A stretch of 64,000 bases of DNA from Candidatus Moraniibacteriota bacterium (lineage in GTDB: Bacteria; Patescibacteriota; Minisyncoccia; Moranbacterales; UBA1568). The position numbers and the translations under genes were made by a program. Positions 56,531 through 64,000 of this stretch are shown in pieces. The number at the start of each line of letters is the position of its first letter. Position 1 is the stretch's first letter. The notes below the pieces were generated by a model. The model worked only from the letters and a program-made list of their open reading frames with translations, did no database searches and had not been told where the DNA came from. The stretch is taken from positions 2,357 through 66,356 of the forward strand of contig JBPOIB010000009.1 of NCBI GenBank assembly GCA_052034935.1, read 5' to 3'.

Positions 56531-56836
56531 ATGGCTGGATTCATGGAGTTTATCAGGAATCAGGGAGTCGTCGGTCTCGCGGTCGGATTCATTCTCGGCG
56601 GTGCGGTTTCGAAAGTAGTAACAGCACTCGTGACCGATATCATCAACCCAATTCTCGGTGTTGCGCTCGGTGCCGTCGACGGATTGAAGTCGGCCAAGTT
56701 CTCAATTGGTTCGGCCGATATTCTGATCGGAGATTTTCTCAGCGTAACGATCGACTTTCTTGTCATTGCCGCGGTCGTCTACTACGGTGTCAAAGGCCTC
56801 GGTCTCGATCGGCTCGACAAGAAAAAAGAAAACTAA
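56531..56836 (+). CDS. mscL: large-conductance mechanosensitive channel
   Basis: MAGFMEFIRNQGVVGLAVGFILGGA... matches MscL TM1 consensus; 101 aa. Confidence 0.8.
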   Translation: MAGFMEFIRNQGVVGLAVGFILGGAVSKVVTALVTDIINPILGVALGAVDGLKSAKFSIGSADILIGDFLSVTIDFLVIAAVVYYGVKGLGLDRLDKKKEN

Positions 56837-56844
56837 TGTGAACC

Positions 56845-56871
56845 AAAAAAGCGCCGCTGGGCGCTTTTTTC
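56845..56871 (+). terminator. intrinsic terminator after mscL
   Basis: AGCGCC/GGCGCT stem, GCTG loop, TTTTTTCT. Confidence 0.8.
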
Positions 56872-56918
56872 TATGCTAAAATAAAGAAGATTTCGATAAT
56901 TTCAAATCACTTACACAT

Positions 56919-57467
56919 ATGGAAACGCCTCTCGAAACGACTCCCGCCATGAAAAACTCTTCGCCCGTAGTTGTAAAGTGGTCATTTGTTTTCGGTATCA
57001 TGCTTTTAGCGAATCTCTTCGTTGCTTATCTCGTTCAGGCTTTGTATCCGACGCCCGAATACGAAAACTTTTGCTCAATGGATCTTTCTGCCAAGTTGAT
57101 AGAGTCTGAAAGCGTCTGTCGGGAGATCCGTGGCCAGTGGAATGCTGATCAGAGCGGAATGAATCCGAAAGGCGGCTACTGTGATGCGACCGTCGAGTGC
57201 CGAGGAAAATACGAAGCTGCGACGGCACTACATGACAGGAATGTCTTTGTCGTCTTTGTCGTCTTCGGTGCCCTGCTTCTTGCAGCGAGCGCCTATCTCG
57301 GAGTGGCTGAAGTGATCGCGCTCGGACTTTCCTTCGCTGGAGTGCTCGCACTGGTCATCGGATCGTTCTGGCACTGGTCTACCATGCAGGAGTGGCTGCG
57401 CGTCATCGTCCTGGGAGTCGCACTCCTGGCGGTAATCGCGATCGCGGCCAGAAAATTTAAAGCTTAG
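56919..57467 (+). CDS. hypothetical membrane protein
   Basis: N-terminal TM, Cys-containing ectodomain, C-terminal multi-TM. Confidence 0.35.
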   Translation: METPLETTPAMKNSSPVVVKWSFVFGIMLLANLFVAYLVQALYPTPEYENFCSMDLSAKLIESESVCREIRGQWNADQSGMNPKGGYCDATVECRGKYEAATALHDRNVFVVFVVFGALLLAASAYLGVAEVIALGLSFAGVLALVIGSFWHWSTMQEWLRVIVLGVALLAVIAIAARKFKA

Positions 57468-57477
57468 ACGACCGAAT

Positions 57478-58113
57478 ATGTCTGAAAAAAATAAAGAGAT
57501 ACCAGAAACAGTCGTCGGCGATGAGAAAGAGAAAAATGCTAATCGTCCTGCTATCGCCCCTGAGACCATTAAGGAGGCTGCTGAGCCGAACGAGGCATTT
57601 TTCGGAACGGTTCTCATTGGTTGTCTCGCACTCTCGCTCATCGCCGCCGTGGGCTACTTCGGATTCTCTGGTTATCGCTACTTCAAGGCAGTGAAGAACG
57701 AGAAGGCAGTTCCGTCGATCGCTGCACTACCCGTCCTAGAAAAAAAAGACGAATCATCAGAATCGGCCGAGAGGGGAGAGGGGGAGAAGGAGACCGAAAA
57801 GCTTGCCGCTGAAGTGGCTGCGGTGGATAAGAAAACGCTTGAAGTGAAAGTGCTGAATGGTGGTGCAGCGAAAGGTGTGGCCGGGACGTATGCAGAAAAG
57901 CTCAAGAAAGAAGGTTTCGTGAAAACCACTGTCGGCAATACGTTCGGAAGCTACACCGGAGCAGTCATCTACTATGCTCAGGGGCAAGAGGCAGGACTGG
58001 CTGCCTTGAAAGAAGTGGTGCTCAAGGATTATCCCAAGCTTACAGCTAAAGAAGCAGAATCAGGGAATAAGGACACGACGGCCGCCGCTCTGACTCTTAT
58101 CCTGGGCCGATAG
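57478..58113 (+). CDS. membrane-anchored LytR_C (LytR/CpsA/Psr C-terminal) domain protein
   Basis: TM then VKVLNGGAAKGVAGTYAEKLKKEGF...VGN typical LytR_C. Confidence 0.55.
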   Translation: MSEKNKEIPETVVGDEKEKNANRPAIAPETIKEAAEPNEAFFGTVLIGCLALSLIAAVGYFGFSGYRYFKAVKNEKAVPSIAALPVLEKKDESSESAERGEGEKETEKLAAEVAAVDKKTLEVKVLNGGAAKGVAGTYAEKLKKEGFVKTTVGNTFGSYTGAVIYYAQGQEAGLAALKEVVLKDYPKLTAKEAESGNKDTTAAALTLILGR

Positions 58114-58125
58114 CCAACGTCAGCA

Positions 58126-59214
58126 ATGTTTCCTTTCGTGATGCGTTTTAGTAGACTCCTTCATCGTTTAGCAGTTTTGCCGTTCGGGGCATCCGTGCTC
58201 TTCGCGTTTCCGGCGAGCACGAATTTTCAGCTGAAGGACTACGGCTACGGTGGGGGCGGAGTAGCGAATGGCACATCGTCGAGTTACGCGATCGAGGGGA
58301 TTGCTGGAGAACAGAATGCGCCGCGGCTCGACGGTACGACGTATGATCTTGGGCCGGGACTCCAATTTACTAATCAAGCCAACGTTCCGTCAGCCCCAGC
58401 GTTTACGAATCCGGCGAATTACTACAATAAGCTCGAACTGGTGATTAGTACTGGCTCCAATCCGAGCGATACGCTTTTTGCGATCGCTATCAGTACGGAT
58501 GATTTTGTTACGACGAATTATGTTCAGAGTGATTCTACAGTCGGCCCAGTACTCGGACTGGAAGATTATCAGACTTATGCAGCTTGGGGTGGCGCGAGTG
58601 GCTTCAATATTATTGGCCTTCTCCCGAGCACAATCTATAAAGTGAAGGTAAAATCCTGGCAGGGGAAATTTACCGAAACCGGATACGGGCCAGAAAGCTC
58701 GGCTGCGACCGTCGGCGCGACGCTTACCTTTGACATCGATGTCTCGGCATCCGACACGGATACGAATGCTCCGTATGCGACGAATATCGGCGATCTTCTC
58801 GCTGGTACGGTTACGAGCAGTCCAGAGAAAATCTGGGTCGATTTCGATACCAATGGCGAAAGTGGCGGCCGCGTGTATATCGTCGCCAGTAACGCCGGAC
58901 TCCAGAGTAGTCGGGCGAGCTATACAATTAGCTCGGTCACGGGTAATTTGACTGCTCTTCCTGAGGGCTTCGGCGCTCAAGGGTCGACAGCGACCCAGTC
59001 ATCGGGCGGGCCGTTCACCGTTGCGGCGGCCTATGCGCTTGCCTCGGACAATGTAGCGATCACTGATACGACAATCCGCGAAATTTTTGCGACGAGTGGT
59101 CCAGTGACGAGTGGTCGTGGTTCATTTCTTCTCAAGGCAAAGAGTTCGGCAGTGACTCCAGCAGCCGGAGACTATGCCGAGACTCTAACCGTCATCGCCT
59201 CGGCCAGTTTTTGA
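58126..59214 (+). CDS. secreted Thr/Ser-rich surface protein with WxL-like C-terminal motif
   Basis: signal peptide; C-terminus GDYAETLTVIASASF resembles distal WxL motif (DYxxTLTW) with W->V. Confidence 0.4.
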   Translation: MFPFVMRFSRLLHRLAVLPFGASVLFAFPASTNFQLKDYGYGGGGVANGTSSSYAIEGIAGEQNAPRLDGTTYDLGPGLQFTNQANVPSAPAFTNPANYYNKLELVISTGSNPSDTLFAIAISTDDFVTTNYVQSDSTVGPVLGLEDYQTYAAWGGASGFNIIGLLPSTIYKVKVKSWQGKFTETGYGPESSAATVGATLTFDIDVSASDTDTNAPYATNIGDLLAGTVTSSPEKIWVDFDTNGESGGRVYIVASNAGLQSSRASYTISSVTGNLTALPEGFGAQGSTATQSSGGPFTVAAAYALASDNVAITDTTIREIFATSGPVTSGRGSFLLKAKSSAVTPAAGDYAETLTVIASASF

Positions 59215-59287
59215 AGAGAGCGAGTCTTGACGGAGGGATTTTTTCACATCTGGACTCATGTTAGAATAAGAAGGTAAAAGAATTCCC

Positions 59288-59316
59288 TTGACCAAGCCGT
59301 TTTTTTCGTGTATACT
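59288..59316 (+). promoter_or_regulatory. sigma70-like promoter TTGACC-17 nt-TATACT
   Basis: TTGACC 59288-59293, 17-nt spacer, TATACT 59311-59316. Confidence 0.55.
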
Positions 59317-59334
59317 GGATGCATGAAGCTGAAG

Positions 59335-59369
59335 AACGGGTGGCCCGGTGGGTGCCCGTTTCTTTTTTT
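59335..59369 (+). promoter_or_regulatory. leader hairpin + U-run between promoter and start codon (possible attenuator)
   Basis: AACGGG...CCCGTT stem with GC-rich interior followed by TCTTTTTTT; lies after -10 box and before ATG 59384. Confidence 0.35.
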
Positions 59370-59383
59370 GGGAAAATAAAAGT

Positions 59384-60433
59384 ATGTCCGTGAAAGTAAT
59401 CCGTCCAATCAGTCTCCTTAATCTCGCTGCGCTTATCGCAGTGGGAATCTTGCCGGTTGTTTTCATTACTCTGACAGCACAGGCTGGAAATCTTGAACAA
59501 GTCTATATCAGACTTGATCGGCTTAAGGCTTCGACAACCACCGGCGGCACGGTCTGTGCTCAAGCGGATACCGTCGCGACGGAAGCGGATGTACAGGTGG
59601 TCTTCCCGACCGGCTTCACAGTCAACAGTACGCCCGCCAACTGGACCGTCACAACGACCAATCTGCCTAGTGGTGCAACTGCCTGGCCAGGAATCAACAC
59701 TGCGACAGCTGTGTCCGGACAGACGGTCACTTTTCCCTCAGGTGATCTGACGGTGAGTACGCTCTACTGCTTCAATTTCTCCGGGACGAGTACGCTGACC
59801 AATGCGACGGCCGGCAATGATAAGACCGGGACGGTCACGACACGGGCCAGTGGTCCGACCACTATCGATTCCTCCGGATACGCGCTTGCTATCGTCTCCG
59901 ATGATCAGATTGTCGTGACGGCGACGGTTCCAGCAACCTTTTCTTTTGCTCTTTCAGGGAATACCGATACCTTCACCGGCAACCTTTCGACTACGACGGT
60001 TTCGACATCTGGGCGGACAGTGACCATTGCGACGAATGCCGCTTCTGGTTGGGTCGCGTGGGTGAAAAGTGCTAACGCCGCCCTGAACTCGGCCTCCACC
60101 GGTGCTTCAATCGCGACCGCCGGATCAGTTGACAACTCGCCGACCGATCTCGCCTCGGCCACGGGCTATGTCCTCGATGTGAATGTTACGACCGACTCGG
60201 CCACGGGTACGGGTACGGTTTCTCAGGCTTCAAACTACGGCGCCGAATATAATGGTACGAACGTGACATCGGGCGGTACGCTTTCGACAGCATTCCAACC
60301 AATTGCCGCCTCAGATGGTACGACCGACGGCGACGTGCTGACACTTATTGAACGCGCAAAAATCACGGCCGTTCAGGCGGCAGCGACTGATTACACGGAT
60401 ACGTTGACGGTGGTCGCAGCCGGGCGCTTCTAA
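59384..60433 (+). CDS. secreted Thr/Ser-rich surface protein with WxL-like C-terminal motif (paralogue)
   Basis: signal peptide MSVKVIRPISLLNLAALIAVG...; C-terminus TDYTDTLTVVAAGRF; ORF-track start 59348 is GTG. Confidence 0.4.
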   Translation: MSVKVIRPISLLNLAALIAVGILPVVFITLTAQAGNLEQVYIRLDRLKASTTTGGTVCAQADTVATEADVQVVFPTGFTVNSTPANWTVTTTNLPSGATAWPGINTATAVSGQTVTFPSGDLTVSTLYCFNFSGTSTLTNATAGNDKTGTVTTRASGPTTIDSSGYALAIVSDDQIVVTATVPATFSFALSGNTDTFTGNLSTTTVSTSGRTVTIATNAASGWVAWVKSANAALNSASTGASIATAGSVDNSPTDLASATGYVLDVNVTTDSATGTGTVSQASNYGAEYNGTNVTSGGTLSTAFQPIAASDGTTDGDVLTLIERAKITAVQAAATDYTDTLTVVAAGRF

Positions 60434-60451
60434 CAGCCCCGCTAAATCAGA

Positions 60452-60480
60452 GAAATAGTCCCTGAAAAGGGATTTTTTCT
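60452..60480 (+). terminator. intrinsic terminator
   Basis: TCCCT-GAAA-AGGGA hairpin followed by TTTTTTCTT. Confidence 0.6.
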
Positions 60481-60550
60481 TGGTTGGGACTTTTGCATCG
60501 CTTTCGGATATACTGGGGGAAGCTCTCGGCTTGCCTGTCTCATACTATAT

Positions 60551-61585
60551 ATGAAACTCCTCTTTTTCCTGGTTATTCTCCTCGCTCTCCCGTCGGCAGC
60601 TTTTGCTCAGGATGGATCGTTGCGTCTTGTTACCTCGCCCCTCCCGATTTCCCTTATCGCTGAGCCTGGGACGAGTGTGACCGCCGAGCTTAAGGTGAAG
60701 AACGCGGGCACGGAAGCAGAAAACCTGAAAATTGAGATTCTCAAATTCAAGGCTTATGAAGATACGGGAAAGCCGGCACTCCAGGATATCGAACCGACCG
60801 ACGAATTTGTGAAATGGGTCAGCTTTTCTGAACCGACAGTCACTGTTCTCCCGGAGGAATGGAAGACGGTTACGGCTACCTTCAATGTGCCGAAAGAGGC
60901 CTCTTTTGGCTATTACTACGCTTTTGTCTTCAGTCGTGTGAAAGACAAAGAGGATCTCGCGCCTCAGGAGACGGCAGTTGTTGGTGGCACCGCCACGCTG
61001 GTGCTCCTTGAAGCTCGCGTCCCGGATGCTAAGCGGACGATTGAGGTTACGGAGTTCTCGACGGATAAGACCGTCTATGAGTTCCTTCCGGTCCGCTTCA
61101 CGGTCTCTCTCAGGAATACGGGCAATGTCCATGTCGCACCGCGCGGTAATCTTTTCCTCAGCCAGGGTGACGATAAGGATATTGCTCTTTTGGAGATCAA
61201 TCCCGGCAAGGGGAGTATTCTCCCAGAATCGACCCGGATCTTTGATTCCGAATGGAAGGATGGCTTCCCGGTTTATGAAGAGACGGTCGAAGACGGTAAA
61301 GTCGTCCTTGATGAGCTGGGACAACAGACCCATCACCTCACTTGGAATTTTGAGAACACTTCGCATCTTCGGATGGGCAAGTACACCGCCAAGATGCTGC
61401 TTGTCTACGACGATGGAACACGCGATATCCCGATTGAGGGGGTGGTATCCTTCTGGGTGATGCCGTGGAGATTACTCGCAGCAGCAGTCTTTATCGTAAT
61501 CTTCTTTTTGATTGGTATGAAATCAAGTGTGATGAGAGTATGGCGTGTCCTGCGCTCCGAAAAAAACGAAGCTCGTCCAGCATGA
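60551..61585 (+). CDS. DUF916-like cell-surface protein with C-terminal TM anchor (CscA-like)
   Basis: signal peptide, Ig-like beta-rich ectodomain (LRLVTSPLPISLIAEPGTSVTAELKVKNAG), C-terminal TM + basic tail. Confidence 0.5.
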   Translation: MKLLFFLVILLALPSAAFAQDGSLRLVTSPLPISLIAEPGTSVTAELKVKNAGTEAENLKIEILKFKAYEDTGKPALQDIEPTDEFVKWVSFSEPTVTVLPEEWKTVTATFNVPKEASFGYYYAFVFSRVKDKEDLAPQETAVVGGTATLVLLEARVPDAKRTIEVTEFSTDKTVYEFLPVRFTVSLRNTGNVHVAPRGNLFLSQGDDKDIALLEINPGKGSILPESTRIFDSEWKDGFPVYEETVEDGKVVLDELGQQTHHLTWNFENTSHLRMGKYTAKMLLVYDDGTRDIPIEGVVSFWVMPWRLLAAAVFIVIFFLIGMKSSVMRVWRVLRSEKNEARPA

Positions 61586-62499
61586 GGGCTTTTTGGATAG
61601 TTCTTGGACTCATGCTCATTCCCCGGGCAGTGTTCGGTGCTGGTTTTAGTATCACGCCCATGCTTCAAGAGGTTTCGCTCGATGGAAACTCGGGCGCTGA
61701 ATCCAGTGTAGCAATCCGCAACGAGACTACAGTAAGCGCAACATTCGAGATTTCGACAATCGATTTCAAGGGGCTTGATCAGTCCGGTGGCATCGCCTTT
61801 CTCGGGGCGAGTGACATTGCTAATACCTATTCGCTGGCGCCCTGGCTCGTCCCAGAGGTGTCACAAGTGACGCTTTCACCCCTGGAAACCCGTGAGATTC
61901 GAGTGAAGCTTAACAATGATGAAACGCTTTCGCCGGGAGGTCATTATGGTGCGCTTGTCTTCAGACAAGTAAGTCTATCTGGTCCAGTAGACGTTCCGAA
62001 AGTCGCGCTGCAACAGCTCTTTACCTCACTTTTTTTCGTTAAAAAGATCAGCGGAGCGAAATATGGTATGGAGCTCGAGTCTTGGGGGGCAAAACGACAT
62101 ATGTTCCAGCCTTTCTCTGCTCAAAAAGTGACATTCCGTGCCACTGGCAATGTCCATATCGTGCCAAGGGGGGAAATCAGCGTTTCAGACCCATTTGGGA
62201 GACTTATCGCCAAAGCGAGTCTGAATGAGTCCTCAGCTATCGTTCTTCCGGGAATGATTCGCGAGTTTCCCATAGTGCTTCACTCTGTCCTGATAGCCTG
62301 GATTCCTGGGAAATACCGGCTCACACTCCAATACCGATCAGACGATATCTCGGTACCGCAGATCAGTGAACGTGATGAGATTTTTATCCCGTTCCGTTTC
62401 CTTCTCTCCCTGGCTGTTTTCCCACTCCTCTTTTTTACCTTTAGGCTATTTTTTCGCTTCCGTACTGCTCGAAGCACTTCACCAAGCAAATCTCTATGA
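61582..62499 (+). CDS. DUF916-like cell-surface protein paralogue with C-terminal TM
   Basis: ATGA overlap with upstream gene; signal peptide; GFSITPMLQEVSLDGNSGAESSVAIRNETTVSATFEIS; C-terminal TM. Confidence 0.45.
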   Translation: MRAFWIVLGLMLIPRAVFGAGFSITPMLQEVSLDGNSGAESSVAIRNETTVSATFEISTIDFKGLDQSGGIAFLGASDIANTYSLAPWLVPEVSQVTLSPLETREIRVKLNNDETLSPGGHYGALVFRQVSLSGPVDVPKVALQQLFTSLFFVKKISGAKYGMELESWGAKRHMFQPFSAQKVTFRATGNVHIVPRGEISVSDPFGRLIAKASLNESSAIVLPGMIREFPIVLHSVLIAWIPGKYRLTLQYRSDDISVPQISERDEIFIPFRFLLSLAVFPLLFFTFRLFFRFRTARSTSPSKSL

Positions 62500-63107
62500 A
62501 TTCTGTGGTAGAAGGTGTGAAAATAGAAGGGCAAAGAGTAAAAATCAAGAAACGAGTTCTTTGGATCGGGGCAGTGTCGCTGATTGTTTCAATCGTTATA
62601 TTTCTTAACTGGCTTTTCGGACAGAAATCGTATGGAAACATCGCGTCTTTGGATCCGGTGACCGAAACCAAGGCCAAAGAACTGGTTGGCCAGTCTGTTT
62701 ATGACGGAAAATATATCACTTTCACCTACCCGTCGGATTTCAAGCGCCAAGTCGAGAGTGAATCTGTCAAATATCCCTTGCTTGAGCGCGCATATTTCAC
62801 CCAGGGTGATATTGCCGGGAGAAAGATTGCTGTGACTATCCAGGATAATACGGGCTATAGTCTCGAAGAATATTCGAGTTATCGTATCCGGACAGCTGAA
62901 CCGAACACGTATCAGCAGAAAACTTTTGAGGAAGCCAGCCTTAGAGCGACTGTTTTCGTGAAAGAAACGAATGGACCAGAAGTAGCACTCTTTTTCGAAG
63001 AAAAGAACCGGGTTGCGAGCATTGTCCTATCGTCGTTGACGACTCCTGAGGGGCTCGAAGGGGAGGCGCGTACACTTCTCCGGTCATTTCGTTGGAAGAA
63101 TGAATAG
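62496..63107 (+). CDS. N-terminally anchored hypothetical surface-locus protein
   Basis: ATGA overlap with upstream gene; single N-terminal TM; 203 aa. Confidence 0.35.
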   Translation: MNSVVEGVKIEGQRVKIKKRVLWIGAVSLIVSIVIFLNWLFGQKSYGNIASLDPVTETKAKELVGQSVYDGKYITFTYPSDFKRQVESESVKYPLLERAYFTQGDIAGRKIAVTIQDNTGYSLEEYSSYRIRTAEPNTYQQKTFEEASLRATVFVKETNGPEVALFFEEKNRVASIVLSSLTTPEGLEGEARTLLRSFRWKNE

Positions 63108-63258
63108 AGACTCCCGTTTTCCCTTGACGCCTATCGGACTTTTTCTTTTGTTAGAGCCATCGCTTTGATATACTGATAACGTGCCATAATTCTTGCTTCG
63201 ACGGGTGAACCGAAGCAGGTAGTTTCTCTTTGTCCGATAAAAAAATCGGGCTTGTGTA

Positions 63259-64000
63259 TATGTCGTCACCCCGAAAACACAATCTAACATCAAAATACAG
63301 GTTATTTCTGTCCCGGCGATCCGTCATCGGATTTTTCAGTTTTTCTCTCTGTATTCTTTCAGTTTTTTCTCTCGGTAGCCCGGCTGATGCGGCGACTGGT
63401 ATCAATGAGCAGATTAGTTTCCAGGGAAAGGTAGTCAATACCGACGGAACCAATGTCGCCAATGGGAGTTATAATTTTCTTTTTTGTCTCTACACCACTG
63501 CTAGTCCGGCGACACCTTGTACTGGAGTTGCGGACAATGACGCTGTTTGGCGCGAATCAAAGAGTGTGACGGTGACTGATGGTATTTTCCAGTCGAATCT
63601 CGGCGATACCACTACCCTCCCAGGATCGGTGGATTTCAATACCGACAATATTTACCTTGGCATCAATTTTAATAGTGATGGTCAGATGACACCATTAGTA
63701 CGATTCACTGCGGCGCCGTATGCCCTGAATGCCGCCAAGGTGGGTGGACTCACCGTGACTGACACGACCGGTACGCTGACGATTCCGAATAGCGAAACGA
63801 TTTCTTTTGGCGGATCATTTTCGACCACAGCCTCTAACGATATTGCTTTGACGACCTCGGGCGCGACGACACTGACATTACCCACGACCGGTACGCTCGC
63901 TACCTTAGCTGGGACAGAGGTGTTGACGAATAAAACCATTGGCTCGACGGGGCTGGTATTTTCTGGCGCAACGACCGACATTACCACCACTTCGGGTGAA
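63259..64000 (+). CDS. partial (5' portion) large secreted repetitive surface protein; continues beyond window
   Basis: ATG 63259, open frame to window end (not in ORF track because no stop); signal peptide then Thr/Gly-rich repeats (TLTIP, TLTLP, GTLATLAG). Confidence 0.4.

Noticed and set aside
1-64000. Mobile elements, transposases, integrases, prophage genes
   Set aside because: None were recognised in any frame. The only candidate accessory region is 49.9-53.0 kb, and it has no recombinase.

Overview
This is a roughly 64-kb chromosomal window, at about 50-55% GC overall, that covers the replication-origin region of an uncultivated-looking bacterium. Its gene content looks monoderm. The origin is marked by rpmH-rnpA-yidC-khpB(jag) on the minus strand facing dnaA-dnaN on the plus strand, with DnaA-box-like 9-mers in the dnaA-dnaN spacer. 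The envelope genes fit a monoderm: FemAB-like, MurE, a LytR_C protein, a divergent PAP2, and a WxL-like/DUF916 surface locus. No outer-membrane machinery is visible. Protein sequences are strongly diverged from model-organism homologues, so product calls rest on motifs rather than close identity.

Reading left to right, the window contains:
- an oxidative-stress and dNTP block: 2-Cys peroxiredoxin, an Fe/Mn-SOD-like protein, and class I RNR nrdA-nrdB;
- a pilin-like protein fused to a Cys-rich ectodomain and an M15-type zinc peptidase;
- a surface-glycan assembly locus: two tandem O-antigen-ligase/Wzy-like proteins, two GT2 enzymes and a Wzx flippase;
- the origin block;
- class A PBP1A, followed by a cluster of three ATP-grasp amidoligases plus a GT4 glycosyltransferase and a 7TM membrane protein;
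- ruvC and a TrmB-family regulator with a palindromic operator, a two-gene operon of unknown function, yebC, ruvB, a candidate structured sRNA, a GspE/PilB-family ATPase, an NrnA-like DHH phosphoesterase, tsaE, polA, mutM, a delta (holA)-like subunit, rpsT, ruvA, FemAB-like and MurE;
- a divergent PAP2 protein, then the LemA-DUF2207-HtpX trio;
- a compositionally distinct small-ORF region carrying two copies of a ~90-nt double-hairpin repeat and a Gly-zipper lipoprotein;
- pyruvate kinase, tRNA-Ser(CGA), a PD40 propeller protein, mscL and a LytR_C protein;
- a WxL-like plus DUF916-like cell-surface locus, ending in a partial large surface protein.

No transposase, integrase or CRISPR array was seen. 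Many intrinsic terminators, often bidirectional, and a recurrent TATACT-type -10 promoter box are visible. The most interesting candidates for undescribed biology are the ATP-grasp/GT/7TM cluster, the pilin-peptidase fusion, the repeat-punctuated small-ORF region and the WxL/DUF916-like locus.
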